From Malacoraja senta (Eukaryota): a stretch of DNA of 64,000 nt. The notes under the pieces are model-generated. The model was given only the letters and a program-made list of their open reading frames with translations, had not been told where the DNA came from and did no database searches. Shown in pieces: positions 1 to 8,589 of this stretch; positions within the stretch are counted from its first letter, which is position 1, and each line of letters begins with the position of its first letter. The stretch is from the NCBI GenBank assembly GCA_038087875.1, contig JAXLNO010000202.1, positions 1-64,000 on the forward strand, given 5' to 3'. The translations under genes and the position numbers were made by a program.

Positions 1-203
1 GGGTCTTTATCTGGTTTGGCTGCCAGGTGACTAGCGGAGTCCGCAGGGCTCGGTGCTTGAGGCCTGCTACTCTTCACGTTGTATATTAATGATTTGGACG
101 AGGGGATTGACTTTGTGGCAAAGTTTGCGGATTCTTTGCCACAGAAGGCCGTGGAGGCCATGTCAGTGGATATTTATAAAGCAGAGAGAGATAGATTCTT
201 GTT
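1..203 (+). mobile_element. CR1 LINE fragment (RT region joined to 3' part); resumes 1016-1165
   Basis: [13 protein letters not shown] motif; CR1 3' sequence continues after the Penelope insertion. Confidence 0.8.
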
Positions 204-1015
204 AAAGAAGGAACTGCAGATGCTGGAAAATCGAAGGTACACAAAAATGCTGGAGATACTCAGCGGGTGCAGCAGCATCTATGGAGCGAAGGAAATAGGT
301 AACGTTTCGGGCCGAAACCCTTCTTCAGACTGATAGGGGGTGGGGGAGAAGAAAGGAAAAAAGGAAAAGGCGGAGGAGGAGCCCGAGGGCTGGGGGAGGG
401 GAGGAGACAACCAGATGGCTGATGAAGGGGAGGGGACAGCCAGGGCTAGCAGAATTGGGAGAATTCAACGTTCAGGGCCACCAGGATGTAGACTGCCCAA
501 GCGGAATATGAGGTGCATTTCCTCCAATTTACGGTGTTGCTCGCTGTGGCCATGGAGGAGACCCAGGACAGAGAGGTCAGATACGGAATGGGAGGGGGAG
601 TTGAAGTGCTGAGCCACCGGGAGTTCAGGTTGGTTATTGCGGACCGACCGGCGAAACGATCGCCAAGCCTCCGCTTGGTCTCACCGATGTAGATCAGCTG
701 GCATCTAGAGCAGCGAATGCAATAGATGAGGTTGGAGGAGATACAGGTGAACCTCTGTCACACCTGGAACGACTGCTTGGGTCCTTGAATGGAGTAGAGG
801 GGGGAAGTGAAGGGACAAGTGTTGCATCTCTTGTGGTTGCAAGGGAAAGTACCAGGGGAGGGGGTGGTATGGGAGGGAAGGGAAGAATTGACAAGGGAGT
901 TACGGAGGGAGCGGTCTTTGCGGAAGGCAGACATAGGGGGAGATGGGAAGATGTGGCGAGTGGTGGGGTCACGTTGGAGGTGGCGAAACTGACGGAGGAT
1001 CACTTGTTTCTTGTT
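204..1015 (-). mobile_element. Penelope-like element, 5'-truncated (GIY-YIG endonuclease remnant + terminal repeat)
   Basis: Minus frame has PCNHKRCNTCP...NLIYCIRCSRCQLIYIGETKRRLGDRF (Cys-rich linker + GIY-YIG). 12-bp TSD TAGATTCTTGTT at 192-203 and 1016-1027. Confidence 0.85.
298..332 (-). ncRNA. Minimal type I hammerhead-like motif in Penelope terminal repeat
   Basis: Minus strand AGU-CUGAAGA-A-GGG-UUUCGG-CCC-GAAA-CG-UU-ACC. The core is identical at 15546-15579. Confidence 0.6.
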
Positions 1016-1169
1016 TAGATTCTTGTTTAGTACAGGTGTCAGAGGTTATGGGGAGAAGGCAGGAGAATGGGGTTAGGAGGGGGAGATAGATCAGCCATGA
1101 TTGAATGGTGGAATAGCCTTGGTGGGCCGAATGGCCTATTTCTGCTCCTATTCCTTATGACCTTGACCT

Positions 1170-2345
1170 TACTGGATGGAGGAATGGTTGATGGAATTTA
1201 TTACAGAGAAGTGTGAGGTGTTGCATCTAACAAGGGTAGGACCTACACAGTGAATGGTAGGCCCCTGGGGAGTGTTGTGGAGCAGAGGGATCTAGGAGTA
1301 CGGGTTTTTGGTTCCTTGAAGGTCGAGTCGCAGTGATAAGGTGATAAAAAAAAGGCTTTTGGCACTTTGGCCCTCATCAGTTAGAGTATTGAGTATAGGT
1401 TGGGAGGTCATGTTGCAGTTGTATAAAACGTTGGTGAGACTGCATGTAGAGTGTTGTGTTCAGTTCTGGGCACCATGTTATAGGAAAGATATTGTGAAGC
1501 TTGAAAGGGTTCAGAAAAGATTTACGAAGATGTTGCCAGGACTAAAGGGTGTGAGCTACAGGCAGAGGTTGAGTTGGCTGGGTCTTTATTCCTTGGAGTG
1601 CAGGAGGATGAGGGGTGATCTTATAGAGGTGTACAAAATCATGAGAGGAATAGATCGGGTAAATGCACAGAGTCTCTTACCCAGAGTAGTGGAATCGAGG
1701 ACCAGACGACATAGGTTTAAGGTGAAGGGGAAACGATTTGATAGGAATCTGAGGGGTAACTTTTTACATAGATACATAGATACATAGACCATAGGTGCAG
1801 GAGTAGGCCATTCAGCCCTTTGAGCTAGCACCGCCAATCAATGTGATCATGGCTGATCATCTACAATCTGTACCCTGTTCCTGAATTCTCCCCATACCTC
1901 TTAATTCCGCTAGCCTTAAGAGCTCTATCTAACTCTCTTTTGAATGCATCCAGTGAAGCGGCCTCCACTGCCTTCTGAGGCAGAGAATTCCACAAATTCA
2001 CAACTCTCTGTGTGCAAAAGTTTTTCCTCATCTCAGTTCTAAATGACCTACCCCTTATTCTTAAACTGTGGCCCCTGGTTCTGGACTCCCCCAACATCGG
2101 GAACATGTTTCCTGCATATTCACACAAATGGTGGTGGGTGTATGGAACAGAGGAGGTAGTTGAGGCAGGGACTATCCCAACATTTAAAAAACAGTTAGAC
2201 AGGTACATGGATGGAACAGGTTTGGAAGGATCTGGACCAAGAGCAGGCAGGTGGGACTAGTGTAGCTGGGACATGTTGGCTGGTGTGGGCAAGTTGGGCC
2301 GAAGGGCCTGCTTCCACACTGTATCACTATGACTATGACTATCTA
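1170..2345 (+). mobile_element. CR1 LINE 3' half, interrupted by an inverted CR1 3' fragment (~1768-2118)
   Basis: LQLYKTLVRLHVECCVQFWAP...LERVQKRFTKM C-terminal ORF2 motif; (TATGAC)n tail near 2330-2345. Confidence 0.85.
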
Positions 2346-2439
2346 TGATTACACTTCTGCAGGTACAGTTCCATATTTAACCTTCAATCCATTCCCATTT
2401 TCTAAAGTTTAAACATCATCACTACATACATTTGATATA

Positions 2440-3471
2440 TCTATATGCTCTGTGTGTGTGTGGGTGTATGTCATTTAGATTTTGCCTTTGATTTTTTTGA
2501 TTTAGCCTTTGATTCGTTACTCCGCGAAAACCAGACGCAAAAACGCCGAGATTTTTATAATTCCTCTAGCGATTTTACTTTTACATTCGCACATCCACTC
2601 CTTGGTCAATTATTTCCCCAGATTTTGAGTAAAATTGATTACAAAACCCAAACAAAACTCAATTTTTTAAATCTGAACGCCTCTTACCAGCTGCTGACGT
2701 CACAATGGCCACATGCCGACCAATCCAAGCCGCTTCTCTCTCTTCAAATGGCAGCCCGACTCTCCTCCACTCCCCCCCCCCCTGCTCCAAGTACGCTCGC
2801 GCCACGCCTCCCGCATCTGGACTCCTACGCCCGCCCACCCGCCCGCTCCAACTCCCCGCTCGCTCAGAACCGCCCACGTGCTCAGCTGCCACCCGGCTCT
2901 CCTCCACTCCCCCCCCCGGCTCCAAGTACGCTCGCGCCACGGCTCCCGCATCTGGACTCCTACGCCCGCCCGCCCGCTCCAACTCCCCGCTCGCTCAGAA
3001 CCGCCCACGTGCTCAGCTGCCACCCGGCTCTCCTCCACTCCCCCCCCCCCCCCGGCCCAGCTCTGTCACGCTGGTGGAAGCCACAGATCGGCTGTTCCCC
3101 CGCTGCTTTTCGCCTTCATCGCTGGCGGCCCGCAGGCTCACTCGGGATCACGCCCACCCGCCCACTCCCCCCCCTCCCCCACCTCCCCCCCCCACCTCTC
3201 CCCCCACCTCTCCACCCCCCCCCCCACCTCCCCGTACTCGGGGTCTCTGAAGCGCCGAGGATGTGAGGCCATGGAGTTGAGGCTCTCTCTGAGGCCGACG
3301 GCTGCTGTGTGGCCCTACCCCTCTTCTCCCTCCCTTCTTAATATAATATAAATGGGGGTGGTTAGTGTGTGTGAGAGGTTTGGTTAGTGTGTGTGTGACG
3401 CCTCAGGCCGCCCCCTCCCCTCGCAACCGCGCGTTGAGTGAACAGACCCAACGGGTCTGCACTTGGTCTAG
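2440..3471 (+). mobile_element. Non-autonomous Helitron
   Basis: 5' TC after A (2439) and 3' CTAG before T (3472), with no TSD. Subterminal hairpin CAGACCC-AAC-GGGTCTG at 3443-3459. Internal CpG-rich ~135-bp tandem duplication at 2760-3056. Confidence 0.8.
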
Positions 3472-3642
3472 TTAACATTAAAACCATCACAATGATAGCA
3501 ATGTGGGAGGCAATCCTTACCCATGGGTGAATTTGTACATTTGTATCCCAGTTCCAAATATCATCCCAACAGCTGGCATCCTTAATTTATTTAATATTCA
3601 TCTCAATTTCTCCAGTGTTCTGGATGACCTCAATGCATGTAG

Positions 3643-4008
3643 ACAATAGACAACAGAGAGTGGTGAATCTCTGGAACTCTCTGCCACAGAAGGTAGTTGA
3701 GGCCAGTTCATTGGCTATATTTAAGAGGGAGTTAGATGTGGCCCTTGTGGCTAAAGGGATCAGGGGGTATGGAGAGAAGGCAGATACAGGATACTGAGTT
3801 GGATGATCAGCCATGATCATATTGAATGGCGGTGCAGGCTCGAAGGGCCGAATGGCCTACTCCTGCACCTATTTTCTATGTTTCTATGTTTCTAACAGGT
3901 GCAGGAGTAGGCCATTCGGCTCTTTGAGCCTGCATCGCCATTCAATGTGATCATGGCTGATCATCCACAATCAGTACCCCGTTCCTGCCTTCTCACCATA
4001 TCCCCTGA
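3643..4008. mobile_element. Two nested CR1 3' ends (minus copy containing a plus copy ~3652-3894)
   Basis: RVVNLWNSLPQ...GIRGYGEKAG motif; (TTTCTATG)n and (TATTGTC)n tails. Confidence 0.85.
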
Positions 4009-5071
4009 CTCCAGTGTGCGGGGTGACCTTAATACATGTAGTGTGGGCATCAATTAGCTGTTTCTTAATCCATTGTAAATTCTCAGGCAGGAGCCTAACT
4101 TCACTAATATACCTGTGGAAGTATTTGCCTAAATCTTCCTTTAATCTCTCAATAACGTCCATTGTACTTTCATTATGTTTATGAATATCAATCAACTTGA
4201 TTTTACCAATTCTGGCGGGTATTTGCGGGTTAATGTAGAATGTCTGAACACCATATTGATATTCCTTTAATGAAGTGGTTGTGCAGTATTCCCCTCCATA
4301 TGTAGCCTTGGTGATGTCGACCCTGAGTGGCCTTGCTTCCATTGTACAATTTAAATCTGCCCTCGCCTCAAATCCCCACTGAGCGTGTTCATTGGTGTAT
4401 ACGGCAGACAATAATCCCGTCATTAACCCATTTTGTGGTCTCTCTTTCTGTATTGGAATTCTAACCTTCCACCCACCAACGCCAACCTAAGTTTGGACTT
4501 TTCACTTGTTGGATTTTATCTTTATTAGTGCATTTACCAAAGTGTATCACTATGAGAATATGCTAGAATTGTCCCATCACTGAGGAACGATGCCCCAGGA
4601 AGGTTACGAATCAGTCCGACATCTTGAGCTGGTCCAACACTGATCGGTATCTCCTCTGTTATCACTGCAATCATTGACTTCACTTTGCAGAAATCATTCA
4701 TTAAAACACAAGTAATATCTGCTTTTATTTACAGTTCTTGATACAGGCTAATAAGCCAGTATTTTAATACTTCCTGCACTTCCTTTCTTGCTTCTTTGGC
4801 ATAGGTTGTCCTACCGCTGGGTACTGCTGCTGACTCAGCAATCTGAGCATTCATTCTAGCTGCTAGTTGTCACAATCAAAATGCTTGCGTGGGTCAGCGG
4901 AAAGTTTGCAGACTGGGATGTTCTTTCATCACAGGGGGGGCTGAGGTCCCAAGTCACACTCCAGCTCTCCGGGTTATTTCATCCAATTCTCCCCATTTAC
5001 TTCACTCTCCCCCCCAACTTGTTCCGCAGTTCCGAAGGTGTACATCATGCCTCTTCAGACTGAGAGCGTTT

Positions 5072-5333
5072 CAATAGACAATAGGTGCAGGAATAGGCCA
5101 TTCGGCCCTTCGAGCCAGCATCGCCATTCAATATGATCATGGCTGATCATCCCCAATCAGTACCCCGTTCCTGCCTTCTCCCCATATCCCCTGACTCCGC
5201 TATCTTCAAAAACCCTATCTAGCTCTCTCTTGAAAGCATCCAGAGAACCTGCCTCCACCGCCCTCTGAGGCAGAGAATTCCACAGACTCACAACTCTCTG
5301 TGAGAATAAGTGTTTCCTCGTCTCCGTTCTAAA
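5072..5333 (-). mobile_element. CR1 LINE 3' end
   Basis: QRVVSLWNSLPQRAVEAGSLDAFKRELD motif and tail. Confidence 0.85.
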
Positions 5334-5334
5334 A

Positions 5335-5885
5335 AATTCATGTAGGCATTGATGTTTCATGTTGGCACTTGATTAGCTGGTTTATACGTATCTTCCCTTC
5401 CTACCTGGTGGTGACCTTTTATTGCTGCCTGTAGGTTTGTGCATTTTCTGCCATCTCCTGCTGAGCAATCCAATACATTCTGACTGTTCTCTCCTTTTCC
5501 TGATAAACCCGTTTAAACTGCATTAGAAATTGATTCAAGTGCATCAGATGCAGCAGATGCTTCTGTTCCTCCTCTGCTACCTTCTCACATAACTTACTCA
5601 CTTCTTGTTTTCCGGCTTCTAATTCCTGCAGCTGATTCATTTGTGGTTCTTGTTTTACAATTTCTAATTCCACCTTCAACTTTGAATTCTCAATTTCTTC
5701 CTTAACTCACATACCACTGGCTATTGCTGTGGCTGAGATTTGTTTTGCTTGTCTTTTCCTGGCTCTTCTTCTGTCCCAAACGCTCGGGACCCTCTAATAT
5801 TTAGTCTGCAAACTGCACCCACATGGACCATTTATGATCTAGGTTCTCCCGGACCTGTTCCCACGCTGGGCACTGGCCCAGTATT
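5335..5885 (-). pseudogene. gag-like N-terminal coiled-coil remnant
   Basis: QCPAWEQVRENLDHKWSMWVQFAD*ILEGPERLG followed by an E/K/Q-rich helical ORF (5419-5679). It lies ~300 bp downstream of the PBS-like site on the same strand. Confidence 0.5.
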
Positions 5886-6187
5886 GTTCTGTACTGGATC
5901 CCACCCAAGGAGCACGGGAGACGACCGGGATGAGTGTCTGGCAGTTCTGATGTGTGGTCAGGAGGGCGTATGGACCACCTTTGATTCCTTAGTGACCATC
6001 TTCCCTGCTAGATTTCTCTGAGTCACTTCACAGGAGGTTTACTGAGCAGCCCTCAAGGCAGACTTGCAGCGTTTACCCTCGTCCCTGGTCTCTTTAGCAA
6101 CTTTCATTTACTCTGTGACCACTGTTTTGTTCGGCACGCCTGTGATTCTGGAACGGTGGGACCACAAAAACTAACCACTCAACTGTG

Positions 6188-6302
6188 CCCACCCAGCCAC
6201 GCCAAAATGTTGACCCTATGACCTGTGTAGGGTATCAATTGATGTGTTGAATAAAAGACTCTAAACCAAGGTTTAGTACAAGTTCATCTTTATTAACACT
6301 CG
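6188..6302 (-). mobile_element. LTR 3' end (R/U5) and primer-binding-site-like sequence
   Basis: Minus strand: AATAAA (6289-6294), ~80 bp, terminal CA (6208-6209), TTT, then TGGCGTGGCTGGGTGGG (6204-6188). The rest of the LTR probably continues at 7159-~7700 after a CR1 insertion. Confidence 0.6.
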
Positions 6303-6755
6303 AGTATGGCATGTTGGCCTTCACAACAAGAGGAGTTGAGTATAGGAGCAAAGAGGTCCTTCTGCAGTTGTACAGGGCCCTAATGAGACCACACCTGGAG
6401 TATTGTGTGCAGTTTTGGTCTCCAAATTTGAGGAAGGACATTCTTGCTATTGGGGGAGTGCAGTGTAGGTTCACGAGGTTAATTCCCGGGATGGCGGGAC
6501 TGTCATATGTTGAAAGAATGGAGCAGCTGGGCTTGTACACTCTGGAATTTAGAAGGATGAGAGGATATCTTATTGAAATATATAAGATTATTAAGGGTTT
6601 GGACACGCTAGAAGCAGGAAACATGTTCCCGATGTTGGGGGAGTCCAGAACCAGGGGCCACAGTTTAATAATGGGTAAGCCATTTAGAACGGAGATGAGG
6701 AAATACTTTTTCACACAAAGAGTTGTGTGTCTGTGGAATTCTCTGCCTCAGATGG

Positions 6756-6780
6756 AACCCTAACCCTAACCCTAACCCTA
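6756..6780. repeat. Interstitial telomeric repeat (AACCCT)4
   Basis: Four perfect units, absent from sibling CR1 copies at the same position (e.g. ~28800). Confidence 0.9.
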
Positions 6781-6908
6781 GGCAGAGGCTGGTTCTCTGG
6801 ATACTTTCAAGAGAGAGTTAGATAGAGCTCTTAAAGATAGCGGAGTTAGGGATGTGGGGAAAAGGCAGGAACGGGGTACTGATTGTGGATCATCACAGTG
6901 AATGGCGG

Positions 6909-7094
6909 AGGTACACAAAAATGCTGGAGAAACTCAGCGAGTGCAGCAGCATCTATGGAGCGAAGGAAATAGGGAATGTTTCGGCCCGAAACGTTGCCTA
7001 TTTCCTTCGCTCCATAGATGCTGCTGCACCCGCTGAGTTTCTCCAGCATTTTTGTGTACCTTTGATTTTCCAGCATCTGCAGTTCTTTCTTTAA
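6909..7094. mobile_element. Penelope terminal-repeat-derived palindromic insertion
   Basis: Near-perfect inverted repeat 6909-7061. 15-bp TSD CACAGTGAATGGCGG at 6894-6908 and 7095-7109. Confidence 0.85.
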
Positions 7095-7707
7095 CACAGT
7101 GAATGGCGGTGCTGGCTCGAAGGGCCAAATGGCCTACTCCTGCACCTATTGTCTATTGAATAACTTAAACATGCATGCTAACCACTGACATCCAATAACT
7201 TCTCATTTACTTTATTCTTTCAACTTATCACTTCTTAAACTAAATCGCATAACTCATGACTTGGACTCAGATATTACCTGTGTGAATGAATTGGCCACAT
7301 TCACTCTGTTGGTAGGGGGTTTGTCTTCTCTGAGTTTCAAACTCATGTCCCTCCTTCTTGCGATGGTTGTTCCCGGATTGTCGCTGCCGATCTCTCGGAC
7401 CGCCCATCTTTAAAAAATGTTTTACTTCAATCTCCCAAAGAAGACTTTGTTCTAACCCAAGGCTCTCATGACTATGCAATCAATCATTTCAAGTTGTCCT
7501 CCAAGGGCTGAATAAACAAAGCATATCTTTCTTATCAGGCTAGGGGTTGTTAATTACATTGCCTGTTCATATCTCCTTCTCATTATAAATCAATTTACAA
7601 AATGTCAGTTCCAAGCATTTTATCTTCTCAAGGCGATAGTACATGTCCTGAAGTTACCTCAGCTCTGCTCCCACTAGATGTCACTCACGTGACTGTTTCC
7701 ACTGAAC

Positions 7708-8000
7708 TCAATAGACAATAGACAATAGGTGCAGGAGTAGACCATTCGGCCCTTCAAGCCAGCACCACCATTCAATGTGATCATGGCTGATCATCCCCAA
7801 TCAGTACCCCGTTCCTGCCTTCTCCCCAAATCCCCTGACTCTACTATTTTTAAGAGCCCTATCTAGCTCTCTCTTGAAAGCATCCAGAGAACCGGCCACC
7901 ACCGCCCTCTGAGGCAGAGAATTCCACAGACTCACCTCTCTCTGTGAGAAAAAGTGTTTCCTCGTCTCTGTTCTAAATGGCTTACTCCTTAATTTAACTC
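7708..8000 (-). mobile_element. CR1 LINE 3' end
   Basis: Same subfamily sequence as 5072-5333. Confidence 0.85.
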
Positions 8001-8100
8001 CTCTGTTCTCTAGACTCCCGCATTTCTCTATTTCTCCCTGTAACTGGTAGTATCATCCCAAAGCTTGTCGGGATACTTGACATCCAGTCTCTGGCTATAA

Positions 8101-8422
8101 GTTACTCCAGCACTCTGTGAAACGTCACCTATCCATGTTCTCCACAGATGCTGCCTGACCCACTGAGTTACTCCAGCACTCTGTGAAACGTCACCTATCC
8201 ATGTTCCGGCAGCATCTATGGAGCGAAGGAAATAGGCAACGTTTCGGCCCGAAACCCTTCCGGGTTTCGGCCCGAAACGTTGCCTATTTCCTTCAGGGTT
8301 TCAGCCTGAAAGGTTGCCCATTTCCTTCGCTCCACAGATGCTGCCTGACCCGCTGAGTTACTCCAGCACTCTGTGAAACGTCACCTATCCATGTTCTCCA
8401 CAGATGCTGCCTGACCCGCTGT
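8101..8422 (+). repeat. 66-bp tandem repeat derived from Penelope-like terminal repeat, with embedded hairpin insert
   Basis: Unit GTTACTCCAGCACTCTGTGAAACGTCACCTATCCATGTTCTCCACAGATGCTGCCTGACCCGCTGA. Confidence 0.8.
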
Positions 8423-8589
8423 GTTTTAACTACAGGGAGAGGTTGGGCAGACTTGGAATGTTTCCTCTGGAATGCAAGAAATTGTGGGGAGACCTGGTAG
8501 GAGTGTATAAAATTATGAGAGGTATTGATGCGGTAGACAGTCGGAACCTTTTCCCCCAGAATGAAAAAACAAATTAATATGGAAGATTT

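Larger units (their letters stand above)
2402..4490 (-). pseudogene. env/fusion-glycoprotein-like remnant of an LTR retroelement (pieces 4490-4009, 3642-3472, 2439-2402)
   Basis: Spliced pieces read ...heptad-like LQWIKKQLIDAHTTCIEVIQNTGEIEMNIK*IKDASCWDDIWNWDTNVQIHPWVRIASHIAIIVMVLML|IYQMYVVMMFKL*. This is a Trp-rich juxtamembrane segment plus a C-terminal TM helix. Confidence 0.6.
6305..7158 (+). mobile_element. CR1 LINE 3' portion carrying a telomeric insert and a Penelope-derived hairpin insert
   Basis: ORF 6311-6763 [19 protein letters not shown]; tail TATTGTCTATTG. Confidence 0.9.

Noticed and set aside
2445..3351. Long Pro-rich ORFs (273, 212, 181 aa) in several frames
   Set aside because: They arise from C-rich tandem repeats inside the Helitron, are open in all frames and show no domain signal.
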